Of a stretch of DNA of 64,000 nt, positions 1-9,507 are shown piece by piece. The notes beneath the pieces are model-generated. The model saw nothing but the letters and a program-made list of their open reading frames with translations, was not told the origin of the DNA and did not search any database. Positions within the stretch are counted from its first letter, which is position 1; every line of letters starts with the position of its first letter. Source of the stretch: Tannerella sp. (GTDB taxonomy: Bacteria; Bacteroidota; Bacteroidia; Bacteroidales; Tannerellaceae); assembly GCF_052170195.1 (NCBI RefSeq), contig NZ_JBQNAZ010000007.1:21948-85947 (forward strand), read 5' to 3'. A program made the translations under genes and the position numbers.

Positions 1-282
1 CAGCACAACCCCAGTATCCCCGACCAACTTTCGGGATTAGGCAAAGCATTGGAAGCAATGGCAAAACAGGGTATCACAATGACATACAGCCAAATTCACA
101 AGGTGTTGGGCGAAGGTAATTTCGTGCTCGTGGTTAGCGAGGGGCAAATAGGCGGAGTACACAGTTCGTTTTACGACCTGTTCCGTATCGAAAACGGCAA
201 AATAGCCGAACATTGGGACACCATCGAACCAATCGCGGCAAAAGCGACGTGGAAAAATCAAAACGGCAAATTCGGATTTTAA
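1..282 (+). CDS. SnoaL-like / NTF2-fold family protein, 5'-truncated by the window edge
   Basis: Frame 1 is open from base 1 (QHNPSIPDQLSGLGKALEAMAKQ...) into track ORF 49..282. The C-terminal FVLVVSEGQIGGVHSSFYDLFRIENGKIAEHWDTIEPI resembles small SnoaL-like proteins. Confidence 0.5.
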   Translation, partial: QHNPSIPDQLSGLGKALEAMAKQGITMTYSQIHKVLGEGNFVLVVSEGQIGGVHSSFYDLFRIENGKIAEHWDTIEPIAAKATWKNQNGKFGF

Positions 283-351
283 AAGAACAGTATTAATTTC
301 ATTACACCCTACCCGAAAACGGTGGGGTGTCTTTTCTGAAAAAATAGATTC

Positions 352-762
352 ATGGAAGCTATATTACGTTTTTTGAAAAGCCACCCAGACGTTGCATTGG
401 CAACCGTAGGCGACGATGGATTACCCAAAATTCGTGTTTTTCAAATTATGAAGCAGGAAAGTCATACGCTTTACTTTGCCACAGCTCCGCATAAGGAGGT
501 TTACCAACAACTGCAACGCAGACCGCAGGTAGAGTTGCTTGCCATGAGTGGGGACGTATCGGTACGCTTGGCGGGTACAATCTATTTTGATGTAGCCGAT
601 TCCGTCGGAGAGGAAATTTACAACTCTACGCCGGTACTCAAACGCCTGTATGCCAAGTATTCCGATATGGTATATATGCGTTTTCCCATTGTGCAGGCAA
701 CTTATTTTGACCTTGCCCCAACACCGCCTTTGGTTAAACATTATGATTTACGAAATGAGTGA
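352..762 (+). CDS. pyridoxamine 5'-phosphate oxidase family (FMN-binding split barrel) protein
   Basis: 136 aa. The N-terminus LKSHPDVALATVGDDGLPKIRVFQIM...LYFATAPHKEVYQQL is typical of PNPOx-like proteins. Confidence 0.65.
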   Translation: MEAILRFLKSHPDVALATVGDDGLPKIRVFQIMKQESHTLYFATAPHKEVYQQLQRRPQVELLAMSGDVSVRLAGTIYFDVADSVGEEIYNSTPVLKRLYAKYSDMVYMRFPIVQATYFDLAPTPPLVKHYDLRNE

Positions 763-940
763 TAATATGCAGCCATAGCCGACAAAAAGCCCTTATAGAT
801 ATGGAAAAACAAAAATGCATTTTCGATAATATTAAGCGAAAGGATGGTAAATATGTGTAAAACAGATCTTTGCAAGGATGAAAGGTGATTGTTTTTTGAA
901 TTACCAATATGATATTCAACTGTCCTTCAGGAGATAAAAA

Positions 941-970
941 AATCCTGTAAAATATTGATTTTACAGGATT
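941..970 (-). terminator. hairpin terminator downstream of tRNA-Ser
   Basis: 12-bp perfect stem AATCCTGTAAAA/TTTTACAGGATT with a 6-nt loop. The A-run 935-940 on the plus strand gives a T-run after the hairpin on the minus strand. Confidence 0.55.
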
Positions 971-1007
971 TGTTCACTGTTGACTTTTATAAGTCCTTAT
1001 ATTTCGG

Positions 1008-1094
1008 CGGAAGGAGGGGGATTCGAACCCCCGGTACGGTTACCCGTACGACAGTTTAGCAAACTGTTGGTTTCAGCCACTCACCCATCCTTCC
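1008..1094 (-). tRNA. tRNA-Ser (anticodon GCU)
   Basis: The reverse complement folds as a cloverleaf. Acceptor GGAAGGA/TCCTTCC, anticodon stem ACAGT/ACTGT with loop TTGCTAA, long variable arm GTACGG-GTAA-CCGTAC, T-arm GGGGG-TTCGAAT-CCCCC, discriminator G. CCA is not encoded. Confidence 0.88.
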
Positions 1095-1135
1095 TTCAGA
1101 TATGCTTTTGAACGGCACTTTCTGAAAAAGCGTTG

Positions 1136-1143
1136 CAAAGATA
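1136..1143 (-). promoter_or_regulatory. Bacteroides-type -7 box (TATCTTTG) upstream of tRNA-Ser
   Basis: Plus strand reads CAAAGATA, which is TAtcTTTG on the minus strand, about 42 nt upstream of the tRNA 5' end. Matches the TAnnTTTG consensus. Confidence 0.45.
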
Positions 1144-1391
1144 GACCATTTTTTTGAATCTACAAATTTTTATGTTGGCTTAAAAATGTCTCATGCCAAA
1201 ATTTCAATCAATGCTTGATCCGGAGTAATCACTAAATTGTTTAGCAGAATTCGGTAGTTATAATAACCGTATAACTTTTAAATATTTATAAGACCCATCT
1301 CCTTTTTATTCGGCGTTGCAAAGTCGAATGGCTCATACAGTTTACAATATCAAAGACAGGAAACGGACCTTACCCCACTATTATAACGCGC

Positions 1392-1976
1392 TTATGTTGC
1401 TATGCCAATTTCTTCAAACATTTTCTTATATACGACCGCTTTTTCTTCCAAAGGTTTTGGATAGGCTCTTGATGACGAAGGCATTCGGTATATTCGCAGT
1501 TGGCGAGAGCAAAAGACAGTGCCGGTCGACGAACCGACTTTCGGTTCTTTTGCTCCTGTCAGCATTAATAAGATATCTAATGCTTTCTGACCGGTTGTCA
1601 CGATCGTTCGGCAGTCCGGTAGTTGGGACAAGACTTGTTCCAAATCAATCGGACGAAGCACCTCGAGGTACTTATCCGACGCATTTCCTTTTTGTCGATT
1701 TACCTCCATTGCCGTATCCCAGAGAGCAATGCCTTTTTCAGTCAGAAATTTACGGATTTTCGCTTCATGGAAGGATTTTTGATCTTCCGTCAAGAAATAA
1801 TATTTGTCTTTAAAAAAGACGACCCCGAAAATCCGCCACATATCATTCTGAAAATTCGGGTAGAAAAAATCCATTTTCCAACGTGCTCTGGGTGGAGGAA
1901 AACTGCCAAGCATCAACATCTTTGCACCTTCCGGAGCAAAAGGAGGCAAAGGATGAACTTCTATCAATTGCTCCAT
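1392..1976 (-). CDS. uracil-DNA glycosylase superfamily protein
   Basis: 194 aa. LMLGSFPPPRARWKMDFFYPNFQNDMWRIFG is a UDG-superfamily style N-terminal motif. It sits immediately downstream of the proline dehydrogenase gene (stop 1978). Confidence 0.65.
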   Translation of the reverse strand: MEQLIEVHPLPPFAPEGAKMLMLGSFPPPRARWKMDFFYPNFQNDMWRIFGVVFFKDKYYFLTEDQKSFHEAKIRKFLTEKGIALWDTAMEVNRQKGNASDKYLEVLRPIDLEQVLSQLPDCRTIVTTGQKALDILLMLTGAKEPKVGSSTGTVFCSRQLRIYRMPSSSRAYPKPLEEKAVVYKKMFEEIGIAT

Positions 1977-1977
1977 C

Positions 1978-3147
1978 TTACTTCTTGTTGCGACGTTTCA
2001 TTTCGAGACGAAGCATATTCAATTCACGTGTGGTTTGACCGACAACGGAAGTGTTCTCTTCGGCACGGCGAATAAGGTAAGGGATTACGTCTCTGACGCT
2101 CGCATAAGGTACATATTTAGTAACCCGATAGCCTTTGTGAGCAAGATTAAATGAGATATTGTCACTCATGCCTAATAATTGTGCGAAAAAGATTCGTTGA
2201 TCGTCATGCTTTAAGCCTTTCTCCTCAATCAGCTCAGCCAGCCGATAGTTACTTTTTTCGTTATGTGTTCCCATAAAAAGCTCAAAATGTTCGAGATTAT
2301 CCATAACATACTTTACGCCTGCATCAAAATTGTCGTCTGTTTCCTGCTTCGTTTTGAAAATCGGATCAGGATATCCCATCGCCGCGGCACGAGCACGTTC
2401 GTTTTCCATATAAGCTCCACGCACAAATTTTATTCCGGCAATGTATCCTTTTTCCTTGGCATCGGTAAGGATTCGATGCAGGTAGGGAAGTCGGTCATGA
2501 CGATACATCTGAAGCGTAGCAAATACGATTGCACGCTCTTTATTAAAGAGCCGCATAGCTTCGTCCGTCATGCTGTCTATTGCATCTTGAAAACAATAAT
2601 CCTCAGCGTCCACCAGAATACGTACTCCATTCTCGTACGCCCTTCGGCACAACGTCATAAAGCGCTGTTGAAAAATCTCATAATCGCTGCTTTCCGCATC
2701 AGTCAACTGATCCGGATGTTCGGATGCTTTCGATAACAAAGCATCGGTAGTTATCGTTGATGGTTTGAATACAGCATAAGCGATATCCGGATTATCCTTT
2801 GCATTATCGATTGAGCGTAAGGTTTCTTCCATGGTTGCCTTGATGCCATCGGAGCTCTGTTCTCCCTCTGCCGAAAAATCAAGCGTCGACTTAACACCGA
2901 AACGCTTCAACAGATGGATTGTTTTTTGGCAGTCTTGCAACGTTTCTCCTCCTACAAACTGTTTATATAATGTAGGCTTCACGATCCATCCTAAAGGAAA
3001 ATGTATTTTCAATGCAAGATTGCTTCCCCACTTCGCAAGTTTTACGAGAGAAGGATACTTAATGGTATTAAATAATATGTACGCATTTCTCAATTCTGCG
3101 TCTGTCTTTGCTTCAAAAGCAATCTTTGTGTTATTAAAGTCCAACAT
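1978..3147 (-). CDS. proline dehydrogenase family protein (monofunctional)
   Basis: 389 aa. LYKQFVGGETLQDC..., ILVDAEDYCFQDAID and the C-terminal YVPYASVRDVIPYLIRRAEENTS are characteristic of PRODH. Confidence 0.8.
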   Translation of the reverse strand: MLDFNNTKIAFEAKTDAELRNAYILFNTIKYPSLVKLAKWGSNLALKIHFPLGWIVKPTLYKQFVGGETLQDCQKTIHLLKRFGVKSTLDFSAEGEQSSDGIKATMEETLRSIDNAKDNPDIAYAVFKPSTITTDALLSKASEHPDQLTDAESSDYEIFQQRFMTLCRRAYENGVRILVDAEDYCFQDAIDSMTDEAMRLFNKERAIVFATLQMYRHDRLPYLHRILTDAKEKGYIAGIKFVRGAYMENERARAAAMGYPDPIFKTKQETDDNFDAGVKYVMDNLEHFELFMGTHNEKSNYRLAELIEEKGLKHDDQRIFFAQLLGMSDNISFNLAHKGYRVTKYVPYASVRDVIPYLIRRAEENTSVVGQTTRELNMLRLEMKRRNKK

Positions 3148-3370
3148 ATTGATGTGTATTTTCAGGTAAAAAACGCGCCGAATATATCATATTTTATTCG
3201 GATGAGCAATTTTTTTGTGTTATTTTTTTAGGCAGAAAAGAATGGGTGGATATATGTATTTGAATTTCAGATGTAAAATGTCGTGTTTTTTGGAAATTGC
3301 GCCTATTTATCTCAAGACTCCTATTCTTGTTTTATCTTAACTCATAATGTGGAATTAGATTTTTATATTG

Positions 3371-3412
3371 ATCTTTATGAAACACCCGATCAATAGGATG
3401 TTTCATAAAGAT
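3371..3412 (-). terminator. hairpin just downstream of the fucosidase stop codon
   Basis: Perfect 14-bp inverted repeat ATCTTTATGAAACA (3371-3384) / TGTTTCATAAAGAT (3399-3412), 8 nt beyond the stop at 3420. No clear T-run. Confidence 0.45.
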
Positions 3413-3419
3413 ATTTCTG

Positions 3420-4760
3420 TTAGTTTAAGGGCAATTCATTGGCAAATGTCAGCTCCAGCACATAATCGGGCGAATGGGGTTTATCGTTAAATTTTAGCAA
3501 AATACCATCTTTGTCCTGTGTAAATCGAACGGCATTACGGCTCTCAAACTCTACCGCACTTTTCAGTTTATTGCCCGCATAAGGAAGGAACAGGGCTTTA
3601 TCGTCGAGATTCAGCACATGCACATACAGCGTTTTTCCTTTCTGAGTCGTTACTCCCCAGTCGCGCGGAGTGACTACTCCGCCCCGCGTACCCTGTATGG
3701 TGGGAGCGTAGATTTTCATCCATTCACCCATTTCGCGAAGCCGCTGCACTGCCACGGTCGGTAACTCACCATTTGGTTGAGGACCTACATTCATCAGCAG
3801 ATTCGCATTTTTTCCGGCGGCTTTGACAAGATATTGAATCAATGTTTTCGTCGATTTATAATCTTGGTCGGTAATTTTGTAACCCCACATTCCATTCATT
3901 GTCTCGCATGTCTCAAGTGGCAATCGACTGATATCCTGTCCCGAAAGTCCAGCCTTGTTCTCGCCGGGCAGGTCTCGCTCAAAGATCTGTATATCCTCAC
4001 CTGCGAACGGAGTGATGTGGTGATTATTCCCGATCAAACAAGCCGGTTGCAAACGATGTATTAAAGTATATTGTTCATTGAGATTCCATGTTTTGGCTGT
4101 CATCCCGTCGGGATGGATGTCCTTATCCCACATTCCGTCAAACCATATAGCTCCGATGGGGCCATAGTTAGTAAGCAGTTCCGTCAACTGATTGTTCATG
4201 AATGTACAATAATCTTCCCATTTGCCCTGTGTGGTACGACCGGTTCCTTTTCCTGTGCGTCCCAACGGATAATAATCATCGCGTCGCCAGTCCAAATGTG
4301 AATAATAAAGGTGCAGACGGATGCCCTGCTTACGGCATTCATCGGCCAATTCGTGAATCACGTCACGTTTAAACGGCGTGGCATCCACAATATTATAATC
4401 AGACTGTTTGGTGGCATACATGGAGAAACCGTCGTGATGACGTGAAGTAATCGTGATGTACTTCGCTCCCGAAGCCTTGATAGCAGCAATCCACTCTGCC
4501 GCATTAAACTTGACCGGATAGAAACCCGATGCCAGTTTGGCATATTCTTCCCAATTCAGGTTTTTGTTGTGCATAACCCATTCGCCATCTGCCAGCATAC
4601 TATAAATACCCCAATGGATAAAGATCCCGAACTTATCATCCTGAAAAGTTTCCCGGGCTTTCAGATTGTCTGCCGAAGGAGTGTAGCCGGGCTGTGCCGG
4701 TGCGTGCATCAGGCTTGTGAGAGCCATTGTTGCACAAAGAAATAATGTTCTTGCTTTCAT
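3420..4760 (-). CDS. alpha-L-fucosidase (GH29), secreted
   Basis: FGIFIHWGIYSMLADGEW...YITITSRHHDGFSMY is a GH29 signature. ATG 4760 gives the signal peptide MKARTLFLCATMALTSLMHAPAQ. The track ORF extends to 4799. Confidence 0.85.
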   Translation of the reverse strand: MKARTLFLCATMALTSLMHAPAQPGYTPSADNLKARETFQDDKFGIFIHWGIYSMLADGEWVMHNKNLNWEEYAKLASGFYPVKFNAAEWIAAIKASGAKYITITSRHHDGFSMYATKQSDYNIVDATPFKRDVIHELADECRKQGIRLHLYYSHLDWRRDDYYPLGRTGKGTGRTTQGKWEDYCTFMNNQLTELLTNYGPIGAIWFDGMWDKDIHPDGMTAKTWNLNEQYTLIHRLQPACLIGNNHHITPFAGEDIQIFERDLPGENKAGLSGQDISRLPLETCETMNGMWGYKITDQDYKSTKTLIQYLVKAAGKNANLLMNVGPQPNGELPTVAVQRLREMGEWMKIYAPTIQGTRGGVVTPRDWGVTTQKGKTLYVHVLNLDDKALFLPYAGNKLKSAVEFESRNAVRFTQDKDGILLKFNDKPHSPDYVLELTFANELPLN

Positions 4761-4818
4761 AGAATAGTTTTTGTTGATTATTAAAAAAATAACGGGCACA
4801 TGCTGTCACCCGACCTCA

Positions 4819-4826
4819 CAAAGGTA
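4819..4826 (-). promoter_or_regulatory. -7 box (TACCTTTG) upstream of the fucosidase gene
   Basis: Plus strand CAAAGGTA, which is TAccTTTG on the minus strand. Confidence 0.4.
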
Positions 4827-5064
4827 AGTGTTTTTTCGACAAAAACAAGAATCTCTTTAGTGTATTTATAGGAGATTCATATCCATGTATATAGTTCTTT
4901 GTTGTCCGAATTTAACATCATGCATCGATTGACGGTTATAACGAATGTATTCATCGATTATTTTGGAAAAGTTTCGGTCTATATTGTAATATGTATCGGG
5001 TCGGAAGGCATGTTTTTCGTAAGTCAAAAAAAAGAAAGACATGGACTATCCGAATATTTTTTTG

Positions 5065-5072
5065 TACTTTTG
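5065..5072 (+). promoter_or_regulatory. -7 box (TACTTTTG) upstream of lysS
   Basis: TActTTTG lies 29 nt upstream of ATG 5101. This argues against the longer track start at 5041. Confidence 0.45.
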
Positions 5073-5100
5073 CACGATTATTACCATTTTTGACCAAGTA

Positions 5101-6837
5101 ATGAACGTATTAGATTTAAGTGAACAGGAAATCATCCGGCGTGGCAGTCTCGAACAGTTGCGCAAGATGAATATCAACCCGTATCCGGCTGCCGCATATC
5201 CGGTTAACGGATATGCCGATGAAATAAAAGAAAACTTCAACGACGATGCCCAGCCACGGCAAGTAACGATTGCCGGACGCATCATGAGCCGTCGCATCAT
5301 GGGTAAAGCCTCATTTATGGAATTGCAGGATTCGACCGGACGTATTCAAGTATATATCACTCGCGATGATATCTGCCCGGACGAAAACAACACGGAACTG
5401 TACAACACCGTGTTCAAAAAACTGCTCGACATCGGCGATTTTGTCGGTGTCAAAGGATTCGTTTTCCGCACGCAGATGGGCGAAATATCCGTTCATGCAC
5501 AAGAGTTGACGGTACTCTCGAAGTCGTTACGTCCGTTACCCGTAGTCAAAGAAAAAGACGGTGTGGTGTACGACGGCTTCAATGATCCGGAGTTGCGTTA
5601 TCGGCAGCGCTATGTCGATCTGGTCGTCAATAACGACGTGAAAAATATTTTCATCAAGCGTAACAAAATCTACGCTTCGATGCGTGAATATTTCAATACC
5701 CGGGGCTATCTGGAAGTGGAGACGCCAATTTTACAATCTATTCCGGGAGGAGCTGCAGCACGTCCGTTTATCACGCACCACAATGCTCTTGACATTGACC
5801 TGTATCTTCGTATTGCCAATGAGTTATACTTGAAACGTCTGATTGTCGGCGGATTTGAGGGCGTTTACGAGTTCTCGAAAAACTTCCGTAACGAAGGTAT
5901 GGACCGCACGCATAATCCCGAATTTACCTGCATGGAAATTTATGTAGCGTACAAGGATTACCATTGGATGATGGAGTTTACCGAACAGATGATTGAAAAG
6001 ATCTGTCTCGACGTGAACGGTACGACGGAAATAACGGTTGGCGATAAGACCATCAGTTTCAAGGCTCCGTTCAGGCGAGTAACAATGATCGAGGCGATCC
6101 GTGAATTTACGGGAGTCGACATTACAGGTATGGATGAAGCCCAGTTACGTGAAACGTGTAAACAACTCAACATCGAAGTAGACGAAACGATGGGTAAAGG
6201 CAAACAGATCGACGAAATATTCGGTGAAAAATGCGAAGGAAACTATATCCAACCTACGTTTATCATAGATTATCCGATCGAGATGTCGCCACTCTGCAAA
6301 CGTCATCGGAACAATCCCGACTTAACCGAACGTTTCGAGCTTATCGTCAACGGGAAGGAACTTTGTAACGCATATTCGGAGTTGAATGATCCGATCGACC
6401 AGCTGGAGCGTTTTCAGGAACAGTTGCGCCTGAGTGAAAAAGGAGATGATGAAGCCATGTTTATCGATATGGATTTTGTACGTGCACTCGAATACGGTAT
6501 GCCTCCGACGAGCGGCATGGGAATCGGCATAGACCGGCTTGTGATGTTGATGACCGGACAAACGACGATTCAGGAGGTGTTGTTCTTCCCCCAAATGCGT
6601 CCGGAGAAGACCATCAAGAAAGATGCGCCTGAAAAATATGCTCCTTTAGGGATACCGGCCGAATGGGTACCGGCTATACAGAAAGCAGGCTTTGTAACGG
6701 TCGACATGCTGGAAGGAGCTAATCCGCAATTGTTGAGACAATCGCTGTTTGAACTGAATAAGAAATACAACCTTGGTCTGGAATTACCGGCGTTACAAGC
6801 AGTCGAAGCATGGATCAAGGCTGTTACGTGTCATTAA
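5101..6837 (+). CDS. lysS: lysine--tRNA ligase (class II) with a C-terminal extension
   Basis: [30 protein letters not shown]..., class II motifs ([20 protein letters not shown]; [14 protein letters not shown]), plus about 80 aa beyond FFPQMRPE. Confidence 0.95.
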   Translation: MNVLDLSEQEIIRRGSLEQLRKMNINPYPAAAYPVNGYADEIKENFNDDAQPRQVTIAGRIMSRRIMGKASFMELQDSTGRIQVYITRDDICPDENNTELYNTVFKKLLDIGDFVGVKGFVFRTQMGEISVHAQELTVLSKSLRPLPVVKEKDGVVYDGFNDPELRYRQRYVDLVVNNDVKNIFIKRNKIYASMREYFNTRGYLEVETPILQSIPGGAAARPFITHHNALDIDLYLRIANELYLKRLIVGGFEGVYEFSKNFRNEGMDRTHNPEFTCMEIYVAYKDYHWMMEFTEQMIEKICLDVNGTTEITVGDKTISFKAPFRRVTMIEAIREFTGVDITGMDEAQLRETCKQLNIEVDETMGKGKQIDEIFGEKCEGNYIQPTFIIDYPIEMSPLCKRHRNNPDLTERFELIVNGKELCNAYSELNDPIDQLERFQEQLRLSEKGDDEAMFIDMDFVRALEYGMPPTSGMGIGIDRLVMLMTGQTTIQEVLFFPQMRPEKTIKKDAPEKYAPLGIPAEWVPAIQKAGFVTVDMLEGANPQLLRQSLFELNKKYNLGLELPALQAVEAWIKAVTCH

Positions 6838-6868
6838 AAACGAATCATCAATTACCAAATTCTACGAC

Positions 6869-7867
6869 ATGAAAGATATTATCGGAAAGGTGGCGATTAT
6901 GGGAGGCGGAAGCTGGGCTACGGCATTGGCTAAAATCGTACTGTCAACTCAGCCGAATATTCACTGGTATATGCGTCGTCCGCAAGCGATCGAAGATTTC
7001 AGGCGGATGAAGCATAATCCCGGTTACCTGTCGGCCGTATCGTTCGATACCGATCGGATCGGTTTTTATTCGGATATCAACGAGGCCGCCGAACATTCCG
7101 ACATCCTGATTTTTGCCACTCCCTCTCCTTTCCTTAAGCAGCATCTGCAAAAATTGGAAACACCGATACGGGACAAGGTCATCGTCTCAGCCATCAAAGG
7201 TATTGTGCCGGACGAGAATATGCTGATTACCGACTATTTCGCGCAGTGTTACCAGGTACCGTTGGAAAATCTTGCGATCGTCGCAGGACCGTGTCATGCC
7301 GAAGAGATCGCGCTCGAACGGCTTTCGTATATTACTTTGGCCTGCAAAGATCTGCAAAAGGCCGAAGATCTTGCCCGAATATTCCGCAACAATTATCTGA
7401 AAACGTCGTGTTGTCAGGATGTAAAAGGAATTGAATACGCTTCTGTGCTAAAAAACGTGTATGCGATTGTAGCGGGTATCTGCCATGGCATGAAGTACGG
7501 TGACAATTTTCAAGCTGTTCTGCTGTCGAACGCGATCAAAGAGATGCAGCGTTTTCTCGACTCGGCGCATATTCTGCCGCGCGACATTACCGCGTCAGCC
7601 TATTTGGGCGATCTGTTAGTGACCGCTTACTCACGTTACAGTCGCAACCGTACCTTCGGAACAATGATCGGGAAAGGCTATTCGGTCAAAACGGCACAAC
7701 TGGAAATGGAGATGATCGCCGAAGGATATTACGGTGCCAAGTGTATTCACGAGATCAACGAGAAGTATCAGGTCGATATGCCCATCTTGAACGCATTGTA
7801 CGATATTCTTTACGAACGGAAATCGCCGATGACGATCATCCGGCAACTGGCCGAAACTTTCACATAA
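6869..7867 (+). CDS. gpsA: NAD(P)H-dependent glycerol-3-phosphate dehydrogenase
   Basis: MKDIIGKVAIMGGGSWATALAKI (Rossmann motif), GPCHAEEIA, EGYYGAKCIHEI. The ATG at 6869 was chosen over the overlapping track start at 6773. Confidence 0.9.
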   Translation: MKDIIGKVAIMGGGSWATALAKIVLSTQPNIHWYMRRPQAIEDFRRMKHNPGYLSAVSFDTDRIGFYSDINEAAEHSDILIFATPSPFLKQHLQKLETPIRDKVIVSAIKGIVPDENMLITDYFAQCYQVPLENLAIVAGPCHAEEIALERLSYITLACKDLQKAEDLARIFRNNYLKTSCCQDVKGIEYASVLKNVYAIVAGICHGMKYGDNFQAVLLSNAIKEMQRFLDSAHILPRDITASAYLGDLLVTAYSRYSRNRTFGTMIGKGYSVKTAQLEMEMIAEGYYGAKCIHEINEKYQVDMPILNALYDILYERKSPMTIIRQLAETFT

Positions 7868-7904
7868 AAACGGAATGTTGAAAATCAATATATAAAACAG
7901 AAAG

Positions 7905-9251
7905 ATGAAAACAATAACATTAGACATTGATAAAGCACTTGGTGCAGTGACTCGCAAACAAATCGACGCACTTGCCCCGAAAGCGACCCAAAGCATGGAG
8001 ATGCTGCACAAAGGTACAGGACCGGGAAACGATTTTCTCGGTTGGTTGAATCTCCCCTCATCGATCACCGATGAGGAGCTGAAAGACATTGAAAAAACGG
8101 CGTCTCAACTGCGCAAATGCAAGGTGGTGGTTATCATCGGTATCGGTGGCAGCTACCTTGGTACGAAAGCAGTCGTTGAGGCGTTGAACAACAGCTTTGA
8201 TTGGCTGCAAACGTCGAAACGCAAAGACCCCGTACTGCTTTACGCCGGAAACAATATCGGTGAAGATTATCTTTTTGAGTTGTGCGCTACGTTGGAAGAT
8301 AAAAAGTTCGGCATCATCAATATCTCCAAATCGGGCACGACGACCGAGCCGGCCATTGCCTTCCGCATCCTGAAAAAACAGCTGGAAAAGAATATCGGTG
8401 TCGAAGAAGCCCGGAAATACATCGTGGCCGTCACCGACCGTTCGCGAGGTGCACTACGTACATTGGCCGACAAGGAAGGGTATAAGACATTCGTGATTCC
8501 CGACGATGTAGGCGGACGCTACTCAGTACTTACTCCGGTGGGTTTGCTTCCGATCGCTGTGGCAGGTATCGATATCCGCGCCCTCGTACAAGGAGCTGTC
8601 GATATGGAAAAGGCTACCGATGTGAAAAAGCTGTTCGACCGGAATATCGCGGCCATTTATGCCGCAACCCGCAATGCCCTTTACGACAAAGGTAAAAAAA
8701 TCGAGATTTTAGCGAATTTTCATCCGAAGCTACACTACATCGGTGAATGGTGGAAACAACTTTACGGCGAAAGTGAAGGAAAAGATCACAAAGGTATTTT
8801 CCCCGCATCAGTCGATTTGACTACCGATCTACATTCGATGGGGCAATGGATACAGGAAGGCGAGCGTACGATCTTTGAAACAGTGATCTCGGTTGCTAAA
8901 CCTGATCATAAAATGACCGTTCCGAGCGATAAAGCCGATCTGGACGGTTTGAATTATCTGGCTGGTAAACGCGTGGATGAGGTCAACAAAATGGCTGAGT
9001 TGGGTACCCAGCTGGCACACGTAGACGGTGGCGTGCCTAACATTAAAATCACCTTGCCCGAACTGAATGCCTACTACATCGGACAGTTATTCTATTTCTT
9101 CGAAAAAGCATGCGGCATCAGCGGTTATATGTTGGGAGTTAATCCGTTCGATCAACCCGGAGTAGAGGCATACAAAAAGAATATGTTCGCTCTGCTCGAC
9201 AAGCCCGGCTACGAAAAAGAAAGTAAAGCGATACGCAAAAAACTCAAATAA
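7905..9251 (+). CDS. pgi: glucose-6-phosphate isomerase
   Basis: 448 aa. [33 protein letters not shown] and [12 protein letters not shown] are PGI motifs. Confidence 0.95.
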   Translation: MKTITLDIDKALGAVTRKQIDALAPKATQSMEMLHKGTGPGNDFLGWLNLPSSITDEELKDIEKTASQLRKCKVVVIIGIGGSYLGTKAVVEALNNSFDWLQTSKRKDPVLLYAGNNIGEDYLFELCATLEDKKFGIINISKSGTTTEPAIAFRILKKQLEKNIGVEEARKYIVAVTDRSRGALRTLADKEGYKTFVIPDDVGGRYSVLTPVGLLPIAVAGIDIRALVQGAVDMEKATDVKKLFDRNIAAIYAATRNALYDKGKKIEILANFHPKLHYIGEWWKQLYGESEGKDHKGIFPASVDLTTDLHSMGQWIQEGERTIFETVISVAKPDHKMTVPSDKADLDGLNYLAGKRVDEVNKMAELGTQLAHVDGGVPNIKITLPELNAYYIGQLFYFFEKACGISGYMLGVNPFDQPGVEAYKKNMFALLDKPGYEKESKAIRKKLK

Positions 9252-9275
9252 AGGAGAGTACAAAAAAAATGACGC

Positions 9276-9304
9276 CCCCCTTTCGGTTTTAAACCGAAAG
9301 GGGG
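9276..9304. terminator. GC-rich hairpin between convergent pgi and the 5'-nucleotidase gene
   Basis: CCCCCTTTCGGTTT-T-AAACCGAAAGGGGG is a perfect palindrome. A-runs flank it on the plus strand, so the T-runs lie on the minus strand and the strand assignment is ambiguous. Confidence 0.5.
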
Positions 9305-9463
9305 CTCTCAAAAAAAATGGGTTAGAGACTGTGGTTTAATCTTCCCTATCACCAAACAAATCAACCATTAAACAAACCAAACTTACCAGTTTATTCTTCT
9401 TCATCCGAGGTTTTTGTCCATACACGGGGTAACCTTCCGTCATTTTCTTTTTCTCCTTATATC

Positions 9464-9496
9464 CCCTCACTTCCCGTTTGGAAAAAGAAGTGAGGG
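9464..9496 (-). terminator. hairpin 11 nt downstream of the 5'-nucleotidase stop
   Basis: 10-bp stem CCCTCACTTC / GAAGTGAGGG with a 13-nt loop. No T-run. Confidence 0.4.
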
Positions 9497-9507
9497 AAAG
9501 TAATCCG

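Noticed and set aside
5041-5100. Longer N-termini proposed by the ORF track for several genes: lysS 5041, gpsA 6773, fucosidase 4799, mutY 29363, HU 29481, amn 33925, PAP2 13970, beta-propeller 43481, mltG 40550 and DUF3298 62654.
   Set aside because: Internal ATGs give canonical N-termini or signal peptides. The extensions overlap upstream genes, use TTG/GTG starts, or lie upstream of a TAnnTTTG -7 box.
9276-9304. Short ORF ATG-ACG-CCC-CCC-TTT-CGG-TTT-TAA starting at 9269 and running into the hairpin downstream of pgi.
   Set aside because: It is only 7 codons long and made of the terminator stem sequence.
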